From NCBI GenBank assembly GCA_007376405.1, contig VMGD01000001.1, positions 2,891-66,890 of the forward strand: a DNA stretch of 64,000 nt. The letters run 5' to 3'. The DNA is from Microgenomates group bacterium Gr01-1014_7. GTDB taxonomy: Bacteria; Patescibacteriota; Microgenomatia; Daviesbacterales; UBA10151. The position numbers and the translations under genes are program-made. Of this stretch, positions 47,261 to 57,298 are shown piece by piece (the stretch's first letter is position 1; each line of letters begins with the position of its first letter). Under the pieces are notes generated by a model. It ran no database searches and had not been told where the DNA came from. It was given only the letters and a program-made list of their open reading frames with translations.

Positions 47261-48382
47261 TCATGACCGAGTAATCTTTTCTATAAGTGTTAGGCTTTTT
47301 TTTACGGATTTTTCCCAGCTAAATTTTTTACTCCATTTATAAGCATTCTTGCTTAATTTATCTAAATTTTCTTCGTTAGATAAGGTTTTCTTAATCAAAT
47401 CAGCCAATTCAACATTATTCCTATTTTTACAAAGTAATCCGGTAATACCATCCTTTATAGAATCTCTAAGGCCTGGCACATTAAATGCGAGAGTGGGTGT
47501 AGCTACACTAGCTGCCTCAATAACCACCAATCCCCACCCTTCTCTTACAGAAGTATTTATCAGCAAATGTGCTTTTGACAGTAATTCAAATTTCCTATTC
47601 TCTTCAACAAAACCATAAAAAGCAACTCGTTGTTCAATATTTAGTTCCTTGCATAACAATTTTAGTCTTTTTAAATAATTTTCATCACCCTTCCCAACTA
47701 CCCAAAACTTCCATTTCGTTTTTGTAGATAGTATTGAAAATACTTCTAGAGCATCTTCAATTCCTTTATCTCTACTCAAGGCTCCCAAAAAAATAAGAGT
47801 TGGTTCTTTTTCTTTTTCAAATCTTTTTAAACCTCTTGGTATGTTTGTTCCATTGTGAATAATAGTAATATTTTTATCCGGTATGCCCCACCTAATTAAG
47901 TCATCTTTTGTAGATTTTGAAACAGTCATAAAAGGAACATATTTGTAAAATAAAAAAATTAGCGGCTCAAATAATCTGCCGAAAGTGCTGGGGAAAAAAT
48001 TGTAGGGTTTTGGCCAGGGGTTTAAACTCCATACCTCTTTTGCCACCTCATGTATAAAAGCCAATTTTTTGCCTCGAACGTAGAATGGAATAAAAAAAGG
48101 AATACCGTGAAATTGATCAATAACTAAATCAAACTTTTCGTGAGGCTTAAATAAGTACCATAGAAACGCCTCCCACTGTACTCCAAACATTTGTCTCCCG
48201 TACCTTTTTATATTTATTCCATCTATTACTTCTTCTCTTTTTGCATCAGGAAAGTAAGAAGTAAATATAGTCACTCTATGATCCATCTTTACCCAACCTT
48301 TGGCATGTTCATGGGTAGATTTTTCTGCCCCACCTGCATGGGGATGGCCAGGTCCTCTCCAAGATAGAATTAATATATTCAT
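47261..48382 (-). CDS. GT4-family glycosyltransferase
   Basis: EGWGLVVIEAASVATPTLAFNVPGLRD (E-x7-E motif). Confidence 0.8.
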   Translation of the reverse strand: MNILILSWRGPGHPHAGGAEKSTHEHAKGWVKMDHRVTIFTSYFPDAKREEVIDGINIKRYGRQMFGVQWEAFLWYLFKPHEKFDLVIDQFHGIPFFIPFYVRGKKLAFIHEVAKEVWSLNPWPKPYNFFPSTFGRLFEPLIFLFYKYVPFMTVSKSTKDDLIRWGIPDKNITIIHNGTNIPRGLKRFEKEKEPTLIFLGALSRDKGIEDALEVFSILSTKTKWKFWVVGKGDENYLKRLKLLCKELNIEQRVAFYGFVEENRKFELLSKAHLLINTSVREGWGLVVIEAASVATPTLAFNVPGLRDSIKDGITGLLCKNRNNVELADLIKKTLSNEENLDKLSKNAYKWSKKFSWEKSVKKSLTLIEKITRS

Positions 48383-48897
48383 ACTGAATCCATGGCTAAG
48401 ATTAAAGTACCATTTTTCTTTAAAACTCTTCTAATTTCTTGTAGAGATTTTAAAGGGTTTTCCACATGTTCTATGGTTTCATAGTTTAGTACGAAATCCA
48501 TACTGTTACTTCTAAAAGGTAAATCTTCAGCAGAAGCTACTCTAAAATTTATATGAGGATAAATTTTCTTAGCATACGATATAGCTTTATCAAATACATC
48601 TATTCCAAAATATTTAGCATTTGGATAAGACTTAGCAATTTCAGAAATCATATATCCACTGGCACAACCAACATCTAAGCAATTACTAAGCTTTATTCTT
48701 TTTATAATTCTTTTAGCAAGTTTAATCTTATGATAATGCCAAATCCATCTAAATATATTTGTTTTAACGCCTTTTTGATAATAATTTACTGGTACTTTAT
48801 CCCAAAGATTGTATAACCTATGATCTAAAAATTTTGGTTGATTTTCAGAATTAGTTTCCCTTTGTTGACTTGCATTTACTGAAGAGAAGATGTTCAT
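48379..48897 (-). CDS. Class I SAM-dependent methyltransferase
   Basis: CLDVGCASGYMISEIAK, FDVFDKAI, MDFVLNYETIEH, LKKNGTLILA. Confidence 0.75.
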   Translation of the reverse strand: MNIFSSVNASQQRETNSENQPKFLDHRLYNLWDKVPVNYYQKGVKTNIFRWIWHYHKIKLAKRIIKRIKLSNCLDVGCASGYMISEIAKSYPNAKYFGIDVFDKAISYAKKIYPHINFRVASAEDLPFRSNSMDFVLNYETIEHVENPLKSLQEIRRVLKKNGTLILAMDSV

Positions 48898-50621
48898 ATC
48901 TTTGGGAAACTAATTATCCAGTTTTTGCAGAATTCTTTTCTATTCATTTTCTCCATGTAAAAAATATTTGTATTCATTACTCTTATATATCTTGCTAAAT
49001 CTACATCATTGCATACTAAATCATTATTTATTACAAAAATGGTTCCTGCATCAGCAAGTGACACGATACCTTTTTTACCATTTTCTTCTCTATTACACTT
49101 ATTCCTTGCATCGGTAATTAATATCTCTCCTTTTGTAAAATCTACTCCTTTGGGACAATCACTAGAAAATGTGGCCTTGTTTAAAGAAAAATCCTTTGCT
49201 TTTATTTTTTGATTTGCTTTTAGGATATCTTGTTTAGTTTCATACATTCCAGAATAAAATAGATATTGCTCAAACACTACCTTTGAAGATTCATTAGTAA
49301 CCACATAAATCTTCTGAATACTGGCAATATCCTGACTTTGCTTTACATAATTTGCTATAATTCTTTCTCCTAAAAACCAGCGATCTGCGGAATAAATTGG
49401 ATACCTGAAAAAATAAAGATGAATAAAATATAAAACCCCTACTATATATAAACTAATTAAGAAAATAAATATAAGTTTTTTAAATTTTCCTATTTGGGTC
49501 AAAGACCACATTCCTACTCCTGAGAGTATTACCATATAAGGAAACATTGAAAAAGCTCTAATAGCATAGGTTTTTTCTACCTTATCTATAGCCGAAACTG
49601 ATGGAGCTAAAGCAATAATTGACATAGTCAACCAAAAAACACCTCTTTTTAAAGTAAACAGAGTGATTAATCCAATAATTATTAAGGGGAAATCTAAATA
49701 ATGAAATTGTCCATAATCCCATGTTGAGTAAACAGATACTGTCTCTCCACGGGCAAAAAGAGCTGTAGTATCAAAAGCACCTAAATAAACATCAATCACT
49801 CTCCTTAATGTTATGGTCAGCTTATTTATAAAAATAGGCAAGGCGAAATTTGGTATTGCTTGCCTTCTTTCCAAATTGACTATATCAGATGCCCAACTTT
49901 GATCAAAAATTAATAGTTCTCCCGTCCTTGCCCCAGCAGGCTGATGATGAATAGTCAAGGTGTATAAGGAAAAAGTTAAAAAGGTAAGTAAACCCATAGC
50001 AAGGTATGGTAATTTGGATTGTTTACTTTTATCAGTTTTAAATTTATATACTAGAAGAATTATAATTAAAGGTAAAAAAAATAATTTAGCGCCCAGATAG
50101 CTTAGAAAGCCTAAAATAAAAAAGGGGAAAGAAAAAAGTATTCTCCAGGAATTTTTACTTAAAAGAAGATATGTTCCCAAAAGAAAAAAGAAGGAGGCAA
50201 AAGTCGTCTCCAACGCATTCCTACTGGTATGAATACTCCAAGGGTTTACTGCCATAAAAAGGGCGGCAAAATTGGCAATTTTCTCATTTAATAGATTTTT
50301 AGTAATTAAATATACAAGTAGAACAGATAAAACGCCAAAGATAGCATATATTATTCTTGAATTAAATTGAGAGAGAGGATTTGGACCCACCCAAAACATA
50401 ATGACATAAGATGGAATCTCAGATATCACTACATCAAAATCCTTTTCTCCCCAAGAAAACAAAGCTGAAGCAGTTAAGGGAATATTTTTACCCGTGTGAT
50501 ATAAAGATTTAGCATTCATGACATAATTCAACTCATCATAAATCATAGATGGTGGAAAAATATCTAAAAACCACACCCGCAGAAATAGAGCAATACTAAG
50601 AATTAAAAATAATACTTTCAT
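48894..50621 (-). CDS. GT39/ArnT/PMT-like GT-C glycosyltransferase (polyprenyl-phosphate-sugar dependent)
   Basis: N-terminal loop with the YDELNYVMNAKS acidic DE motif after TM1, about 11 TM segments, and a C-terminal soluble domain. Confidence 0.65.
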   Translation of the reverse strand: MKVLFLILSIALFLRVWFLDIFPPSMIYDELNYVMNAKSLYHTGKNIPLTASALFSWGEKDFDVVISEIPSYVIMFWVGPNPLSQFNSRIIYAIFGVLSVLLVYLITKNLLNEKIANFAALFMAVNPWSIHTSRNALETTFASFFFLLGTYLLLSKNSWRILFSFPFFILGFLSYLGAKLFFLPLIIILLVYKFKTDKSKQSKLPYLAMGLLTFLTFSLYTLTIHHQPAGARTGELLIFDQSWASDIVNLERRQAIPNFALPIFINKLTITLRRVIDVYLGAFDTTALFARGETVSVYSTWDYGQFHYLDFPLIIIGLITLFTLKRGVFWLTMSIIALAPSVSAIDKVEKTYAIRAFSMFPYMVILSGVGMWSLTQIGKFKKLIFIFLISLYIVGVLYFIHLYFFRYPIYSADRWFLGERIIANYVKQSQDIASIQKIYVVTNESSKVVFEQYLFYSGMYETKQDILKANQKIKAKDFSLNKATFSSDCPKGVDFTKGEILITDARNKCNREENGKKGIVSLADAGTIFVINNDLVCNDVDLARYIRVMNTNIFYMEKMNRKEFCKNWIISFPKI

Positions 50622-50668
50622 TACAACTTTTGATTTTACCTTTATTTAGATTACATTAACTCTAAAGT

Positions 50669-51451
50669 TTAATTCCGGTCAAACCTCCACTTTCTTTTAT
50701 TCTCATCAGCATAATAATTTAATATCCTTAATCTGTAAAAAACTGCAAGTGTATCTTTAAGCATAGCAAGCACTGTTCTTACAAATCTCTGGCTTGTAAA
50801 AGTAGACGTTCCTCCAAATCTTAGATTAATATCAATAGGTGCCTCAAAAATTCTTTTAAATCCCAGATAATTTGCAACAGCAAGCATCTCAACATCAAAA
50901 GCAAACCGCTTAACCAGTAAACGGGGAAGTACTTTTTCCAACACTGCTCTTCTAAAAAATTTCATACCTACTTGGGTATCCCTAATCTTTAAACCGAAAA
51001 GCACTAAAACAAGAAATTGATACCCCATTGAAAGAATTCTTCTTTGCCAAGGATAATCAACTTTTGAAACCGGGTGTCTTTTAGAACCTACAATAATATC
51101 GGCGTTATACCATTCAAAATGTTCCAGAAGAAGAGATAGTCCGTTAGGATTTAGATCCATCCCTGCATCAACAAAACCAACAATATCCCCTCTACTTTCT
51201 GCCATCCCAAACCGCACAGCATACCCCTTACCTTTATTCGTTTCATATCCTATGACTTTTACATTTGAGTATTTTTTTGCAAACCTTTGAGCATTAATAA
51301 ACGTATTATCTATTTTTCCGTCTACAACACATATCAGTTCAGTTGGATAACGCAGTTTATCCAAAACCTCTTTTATTCTCTTAAGATCCCTAACTATCGC
51401 CCCCTCTTGCCTGAAGGCGGGAACTATTACTGATATTAAACTTATTTCCAT
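50669..51451 (-). CDS. GT2-family polyprenyl-phosphate glycosyltransferase-like
   Basis: ISVIVPAFRQEGAI...ICVVDGKIDNT...VDAGMDLNPN. Confidence 0.7.
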   Translation of the reverse strand: MEISLISVIVPAFRQEGAIVRDLKRIKEVLDKLRYPTELICVVDGKIDNTFINAQRFAKKYSNVKVIGYETNKGKGYAVRFGMAESRGDIVGFVDAGMDLNPNGLSLLLEHFEWYNADIIVGSKRHPVSKVDYPWQRRILSMGYQFLVLVLFGLKIRDTQVGMKFFRRAVLEKVLPRLLVKRFAFDVEMLAVANYLGFKRIFEAPIDINLRFGGTSTFTSQRFVRTVLAMLKDTLAVFYRLRILNYYADENKRKWRFDRN

Positions 51452-52727
51452 AGGTAGAGTATATAAGCAGAGACACTAGTAGTAAAGCAGTTACAATAAT
51501 TGATACTAGGATGACATCAAATAAACTTTGGTGATAAAACCAAATGGCTGCAATTTGAGCTATAGCAGCCAGTAAAGGTAAGACCACAACTTTAGTCCGG
51601 TTCAGCGATAAATGAAAATTAATTAGCAGTGAAGAAAACGTAAAAAGAGTCATAAAAATACCAAACCATACCAATAAATTGGCTGATTCCAAATAGGCAG
51701 ACCCATAAAGCAAGTTTACGGCAAATCTGGGAAACAATAAATAAACTATTAAAATACTTAAAGATATTGCCGCTGTTGCAAAGAAGCTGTAAAGAAAGAT
51801 CTTTTTATACCTTAGTCCTTTGGCATGTCTTTGAGAAACAATGGGAAACATGACCGATCCAATCGGACCGGCTCCAAAGAAAATAATCTTTCCCAGCGTA
51901 GATAAAGAGGCATAAAGACCAGCGTCATGAGAAGAGAAGAAATGTTTTACTAAGATTAAATCTGAAGAGTAAAGCGAAGTTACAGCTAAAGATTGTACCA
52001 ATATCTGAATAGTAAAAAGCAGCATCGGTTTTAGATTTAATGAAAAATTGGATTCCTCTTTAGTTTGAATCTTGAGATAATGGTTGGTAAATAACCAACC
52101 CAAAAGTGCCGCAATCACAAAAGCCAACATTGCTCCGCCGACTCGAAAGCCCAAATAGACCAAAGCCACACTAACAAGAAGTTTTGCCCCATTTTCTAAA
52201 AAGACAGATAACATCATCTCTTTAAATTTCAACAGGCCTTGCAGTATGGATCTATTTAAAAGTGTTTGGATGGCGAAAAGGGAAGCTAAGGCAATCAAAA
52301 AAAGATAGCTCAATTTATTAATATGTAAAAAGGAGGCTAAAGCCGGTGATATAACAATTATGAAAATAAAAAAGATCAATGAAATCTTAAAGACTTTTGT
52401 TTTTAGCCAATGGATTAAAATTGCTACCTCCCTCTCATTTTTTGCGCCCGATACATATTTAATAATGACCAAACTCAAAGATCCAGGGATAATTCCCAAA
52501 AGCCCCATCAAAGAAATTAAAGCTGCCAGTTCCCCATAAAAGGCAGGACCTAACATCCGTCCTATCACCAAATGATATATATAATTCAGGAGGTTAATGC
52601 TATTGCTTCCTAAAACCATTATGGCGCTACCTGAAAAAAGCGGGTGTTTAATGAAATTGAAAATTTTCTTCATGCTACCCAATATCCTCTCAAAAACAGA
52701 GTTGTTTCGGCAAATAAAATTAGGCAT
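51390..52727 (-). CDS. Wzx-like polysaccharide/oligosaccharide flippase (MOP superfamily)
   Basis: About 12-14 TM segments and an N-terminal KHPLFSGSAIMVLGSNSINLLNYIYHLVIGRMLGPAFYGELAAL, typical of polysaccharide-biosynthesis-protein (Wzx) N-termini. The probable start is the internal Met near 52673. Confidence 0.6.
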   Translation of the reverse strand: MPNFICRNNSVFERILGSMKKIFNFIKHPLFSGSAIMVLGSNSINLLNYIYHLVIGRMLGPAFYGELAALISLMGLLGIIPGSLSLVIIKYVSGAKNEREVAILIHWLKTKVFKISLIFFIFIIVISPALASFLHINKLSYLFLIALASLFAIQTLLNRSILQGLLKFKEMMLSVFLENGAKLLVSVALVYLGFRVGGAMLAFVIAALLGWLFTNHYLKIQTKEESNFSLNLKPMLLFTIQILVQSLAVTSLYSSDLILVKHFFSSHDAGLYASLSTLGKIIFFGAGPIGSVMFPIVSQRHAKGLRYKKIFLYSFFATAAISLSILIVYLLFPRFAVNLLYGSAYLESANLLVWFGIFMTLFTFSSLLINFHLSLNRTKVVVLPLLAAIAQIAAIWFYHQSLFDVILVSIIVTALLLVSLLIYSTYGNKFNISNSSRLQARGGDS

Positions 52728-53830
52728 GAAATAAACAAAAAAATTACTCTTAAAAACTTTGGAAGGCTGTTGACAAAGATAGCCAATGCTAAAAAACTTG
52801 GGAATAAAACTATTATATATCTGGGCAGAGAAGAAAAACTGCCTTGAACTGTTGTTAATAAAAACCCAAATATTGCATACAAAAGATAAGATAGCCTAAT
52901 TTTTTTAAAATAGCCGTAAATGGGCAATAAGAAAAATGTTATTCCCACCATAATCTCTAAAATAATTGTTTGATAAATAGGATTTTGCATGTCAACAGTC
53001 AGAAGCATCTTCAGATAACGAAAATAGACTTGTGGCAATAAAATAATACCCGACTGGTGCTGTTCCCCCACTTCTTTTTGTAAATTATAGAAAGCTAAAG
53101 GATCTCCGAAGTTTAAATATTGGTAAATCATATAAATTCCCAGTCCAGTAGGTATCATAAAAAGCCAAATGATTTTCTTAAAAGGTACTTTTTGTTGCCA
53201 TGCTTCAAACAGTAATGCTGGAAGGAGTATAATCCCAAAAACTCTGGTGGATGATGCAATGGCCCCTATTAAGGAGGCTTCAATCCATTTTCCTTTTCTT
53301 GCAAGGTAAAAAGATGAGACTGATAGCAATAAAAATAATGACTCACTATATAAAGCTCCGAAATAAAATGATGTTGGAAAACAAAGAAGCACTATGAGAG
53401 TTAAGAAACTAATTTTTTTTGAATAATCTAAATTAAGTAATTCAAAAAGTAATATTAAAGCAATAAAGAAAGAGGTATTTGAAATTATTAAACCCACAAT
53501 GGTTGAAGATAATATAGAGATTAAGAGATTGGAAGAAAAAGGGCTTGCAAAAAAATTAATTATCATAGGAAAAATTGGGAAAAAAGCTTGTTCCAACTCG
53601 TTATAACCAAAAATAGCTATTGATAGAAAATGTTCTCCATCAAAATTTGCCCAAGCAAATAGTTCAGGTGAGAGCTGAAAATTTATTGGCCCCCCGCCTA
53701 AATACCGGGATGTTGAAGCCAACGGAAAATTTAGAGCGATAAGAGAAAAAATAATTAATGCTGTTCTCCAAGATAAAAATAAGCCTATGATAATTTTTGT
53801 ATCAGTATTGATCTTGGAAAAAATCCTCAT
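52670..53830 (-). CDS. Polytopic membrane protein, PIG-V/Mannosyl_trans2-like GT-C candidate
   Basis: WANFDGEHFLSIAIFGY resembles the conserved W..WD..YF..IA block of the GPI mannosyltransferase-2-like family. Multi-TM. Confidence 0.4.
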   Translation of the reverse strand: MRIFSKINTDTKIIIGLFLSWRTALIIFSLIALNFPLASTSRYLGGGPINFQLSPELFAWANFDGEHFLSIAIFGYNELEQAFFPIFPMIINFFASPFSSNLLISILSSTIVGLIISNTSFFIALILLFELLNLDYSKKISFLTLIVLLCFPTSFYFGALYSESLFLLLSVSSFYLARKGKWIEASLIGAIASSTRVFGIILLPALLFEAWQQKVPFKKIIWLFMIPTGLGIYMIYQYLNFGDPLAFYNLQKEVGEQHQSGIILLPQVYFRYLKMLLTVDMQNPIYQTIILEIMVGITFFLLPIYGYFKKIRLSYLLYAIFGFLLTTVQGSFSSLPRYIIVLFPSFLALAIFVNSLPKFLRVIFLFISCLILFAETTLFLRGYWVA

Positions 53831-54891
53831 TTTATAACCTTCAAGTAAACTTTTTTTATCTCCTCAGCGAATTTTATCCAGGAAAATCTGGCTGCCTGTT
53901 TTAATCCCAACCGTGATAGCTTAGATTGTAGCGATTTATCGTACAATAGCTCTCTGGCAATCTTGACAAACTGGCTTACATTAGTTGGATCGAAATAAAC
54001 TGCGGCATCCCCTCCTACCTCTTTTAAACTACCCCTATTTGAAGAAATAACCGGTGTGCCGCAAGCAAAAGATTGCAAAATAGGCATACCAAAACCTTCA
54101 TATAATGAAGGTTGTACATATACAGTAGCCAAATTATAAAAGGCAATTAACTCTTTATCTTCCAAATTACCCGGCTTGATGATTTTTTGTTCAAGACTAT
54201 ATTCTTTGATAAGTTTATTAACCAGTTTTAAAGATTCAAGTTCGGGATGATCAATATTTTCAACATTTTTTAAAAAAACTCCTCCTACTAAAATCAGTTT
54301 AAGATTCTCTAATTCTTTGTATTCTAAAAGCTTTCTAAAACCATCAATCAAAAATGGCAGATTTTTCGTCCAATTGGCATCACCCACATATAATATATAT
54401 TGATCAGGCAGCTGATACTTTCTCTTAATATAAATTAAATCCCTATCCGGTAACACTTTAAACTGCCAATCGGCTGATAAATAGACAGCTGTAATTTTTG
54501 AACTATCAATCTTAAGATGTTTAATAATATCTAATTTTGATACATGTGAATCTGTCATAACAGCGCAGTTTGATAGTGCAATTTTTTGTAGAAAATGATT
54601 AAACTTACCCTTTATACCGACTGGGTAATAATCTGAAAAAATAAGCGGTATCACATCATGAATGGTAACTACAGTGGGAAAATTCTTCTTAATTGGCAAT
54701 GTGTGAAAAAAAAGGTCAAACCAGGGATAGTGAACCAGATCTACGTTTTTTAACTCATCCTGATTTCTAAACTTAATAATTTCAACTTCATTATCTTTTT
54801 CCAAAATATCTATTAAATTTTTCGTATAGTAACCTATACCTCTTGATTTATGAGCTGTTTCTAAAGGTAAAATGTTAATGCCTATCTTCAT
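53827..54891 (-). CDS. GT4-family glycosyltransferase
   Basis: EGFGMPILQSFACGTPVISSNRGSLKEV. Confidence 0.8.
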   Translation of the reverse strand: MKIGINILPLETAHKSRGIGYYTKNLIDILEKDNEVEIIKFRNQDELKNVDLVHYPWFDLFFHTLPIKKNFPTVVTIHDVIPLIFSDYYPVGIKGKFNHFLQKIALSNCAVMTDSHVSKLDIIKHLKIDSSKITAVYLSADWQFKVLPDRDLIYIKRKYQLPDQYILYVGDANWTKNLPFLIDGFRKLLEYKELENLKLILVGGVFLKNVENIDHPELESLKLVNKLIKEYSLEQKIIKPGNLEDKELIAFYNLATVYVQPSLYEGFGMPILQSFACGTPVISSNRGSLKEVGGDAAVYFDPTNVSQFVKIARELLYDKSLQSKLSRLGLKQAARFSWIKFAEEIKKVYLKVIK

Positions 54892-55658
54892 TTATCTTCT
54901 CCTTTATCAATCAATAATTTTATATAGGCAATAGGAAACCGCAGGGAAGAAAACAATGAAAAAACAAAACCGGGAAAACCATCGATAAAACCTTTGTGCC
55001 TGAAATAAGTCTTCACAAACCACCAAACGGGTTTTATAAAAAAATAATCTACTGATGTTATGAAACCTTTTTTAACTCCATTTTGCTTCATTTGTGTGGC
55101 AATCAAATCAGTATATGTATTTAATCTTTGAATATAGATTGCAAAATTTTTATCCCTTAGATGCAAAAGATCATTTTTTAGAAATCCCACTTTACCTTCA
55201 ACTACAGCTTGCTCATGAACATCTTTAGCCGGAAGCCTTCCCTTGCCTATTTTATAAAGCCGCAAGGTATAATCAGGATACTGACCGCCCTTTTTAAGAA
55301 ATCTTCCTAGAAAGAAATTTTTCCGGGGAATCCAATAGCCATTTATTTCGGATTTCCTTGAAACAATTTTTTTTATCTCTTGGGATAACTCTCTGGTAAC
55401 TACTTCATCTGCATCCAACTGCAGAATCCAATCTCCTTTTGCCGCATCAATTGCTTTATTTTTATTAATATGAAATACGGCAGGATTATCTGCCGATATT
55501 ACCCTAGCTCCAAAACTTTTTGCAATCTGCACTGTTTTATCTTTGGATCCTCCATCAACTATAACAATTTCCCAAGCAAAATCAGCAACCGACTCAAGAC
55601 ATTGTCTTAAATTTTCTTCTTCGTTATATACGGCCAATACTACCGAAATCTTTGTCAT
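54888..55658 (-). CDS. GT2-family glycosyltransferase (polyprenyl-phosphate sugar synthase-like)
   Basis: ISVVLAVYNEEENLRQCL...IVDGGSKDKT...LQLDADEV. Confidence 0.75.
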   Translation of the reverse strand: MTKISVVLAVYNEEENLRQCLESVADFAWEIVIVDGGSKDKTVQIAKSFGARVISADNPAVFHINKNKAIDAAKGDWILQLDADEVVTRELSQEIKKIVSRKSEINGYWIPRKNFFLGRFLKKGGQYPDYTLRLYKIGKGRLPAKDVHEQAVVEGKVGFLKNDLLHLRDKNFAIYIQRLNTYTDLIATQMKQNGVKKGFITSVDYFFIKPVWWFVKTYFRHKGFIDGFPGFVFSLFSSLRFPIAYIKLLIDKGEDK

Positions 55659-57298
55659 TGTGCACTCACTAAATAGAAATCGTTACCTCCATCAGGGAAG
55701 TGAATAATTCTTACTACATTAAACTTTGCTCGATATTTTAAACCATCATACTGACTGGGCGTAAGAACATATAATACACTGGGCAGAGGGGCGCTTTCAA
55801 TAGGATCCCAACCTCCAAAATAATACTTATCGAAGGATGAAACAGTATTATACTTATAACTCTTACTATCCAAACGATTGTATATTACAGTATTTCTAAA
55901 ATCCGGTAGAGGTTCTTTCAAATAAAAAAGGAAAAAGATGTACGGTTGTGATCTTTCTTCTGTTACGTAAATTGTATGATACCGTGGATGATCCTTGACA
56001 AACTCTACAATTTGCTTCATACCATATTGCCAATCAGTTGGTTCCTTTTTCGGGTAAATATTATAATAATAGTTAAGGTAGGAATATACTTCTATGCTCA
56101 GAATAAGCAGAATAATAAACAGTGCTAATAATTTTATCTTATTCCTAGTAAGTTTCAGAATCTTAGTTGCTCCAAAAGCTGAGAGAAGATGCATACTACC
56201 CATCATAAAAACTGCCCTAGTAGCACTAGGCGCACCTCCAACTAAGCTGGCGGGAACAGGAGATAGTAGTAACCAGGCTAATAAAATTAGAGTAACCCTT
56301 GATCTTAATTTTAATAAATATAAAAGTCCTACTAAAATAAAAAGGGCGTCGATTTTATAGAATTCTCCACTAGTCTTGACTGAATTTCTTGGACTCTGGT
56401 CTCCTGTCAAAAATAAGTATTGAGGAGTAAAATGGCTTATGTAGTTTTTTAAAAAAATTTCTCCAATCGCAAGATTAGAATTTTTTGTCATTTTGTAAAT
56501 GGTTGTTTTCTCGAAATCTTCAAGATTTAGTTGAGTTTGTTTAACTCTTGCTGTTCCTAAAAGCCTTGGTTCTATGAAAAGTAGTGATATAAAGACAAGA
56601 AAAATAAGTAAACCGCTATAAAAATTCTTTGATAATTTTCTTAAGTCTTTAAAATAAAAAAAACAAAGCAGTAAAACTATTAAGGGAACTACAATCTTTG
56701 AGGAATGATAGGATAAAATGCTAAGACCAAAACTTAAGAATGATATATTTATTAACCAACCTTTTTTTTGTAAAGCTAAATAGAACATCAGTAGACCTAA
56801 CATAAAGAAAAAAAGTGCGAAATTGACTTCCCATAATCCCCTGGAAAATTGTAAGTGATATGGTGAAACTGCCAAAAATAATGCGGAAATTAAGGCTGTT
56901 AGATCGTTCTTAAAAAGAATGCGAGTCAGGTAAAAAATTACTAAAACACTAAGTACACCAATTATTGCCCCGGGAAGTCTGGTTGTAAAATCCGATAAGC
57001 CAAATATTTTTACAAACGGTACAGTAAGATATATATGAATTGGGTGTTTATCATCTTTAAATGAAGTAAATACCAGTGGAAATGCTTTACCCCATTCATC
57101 TTTTCCCCAATTAGCTATTGCATATGCGTTATATCCTGCTGCGGCTTCATCCCAATTAACAGAGGGTGGTACTTGATCTAATTTGTATATCCTCAAAAAG
57201 GCAGCCAATAAAATAATTAAGAATAAAAAGATCTTAACTTTAATTTTCATTGTATACCCAGAAGGCTGTTTTCTCATCCAGGAATTTAATTTCTGCAT
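55655..57298 (-). CDS. GT39/ArnT-like GT-C glycosyltransferase, paralog
   Basis: NWDEAAAGYNAYAIANWGKDEWGKAFPLVFTSF...HPIHIY (DE motif loop) and multi-TM. The probable start is the internal Met near 57250. Confidence 0.7.
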   Translation of the reverse strand: MQKLNSWMRKQPSGYTMKIKVKIFLFLIILLAAFLRIYKLDQVPPSVNWDEAAAGYNAYAIANWGKDEWGKAFPLVFTSFKDDKHPIHIYLTVPFVKIFGLSDFTTRLPGAIIGVLSVLVIFYLTRILFKNDLTALISALFLAVSPYHLQFSRGLWEVNFALFFFMLGLLMFYLALQKKGWLINISFLSFGLSILSYHSSKIVVPLIVLLLCFFYFKDLRKLSKNFYSGLLIFLVFISLLFIEPRLLGTARVKQTQLNLEDFEKTTIYKMTKNSNLAIGEIFLKNYISHFTPQYLFLTGDQSPRNSVKTSGEFYKIDALFILVGLLYLLKLRSRVTLILLAWLLLSPVPASLVGGAPSATRAVFMMGSMHLLSAFGATKILKLTRNKIKLLALFIILLILSIEVYSYLNYYYNIYPKKEPTDWQYGMKQIVEFVKDHPRYHTIYVTEERSQPYIFFLFYLKEPLPDFRNTVIYNRLDSKSYKYNTVSSFDKYYFGGWDPIESAPLPSVLYVLTPSQYDGLKYRAKFNVVRIIHFPDGGNDFYLVSAQ

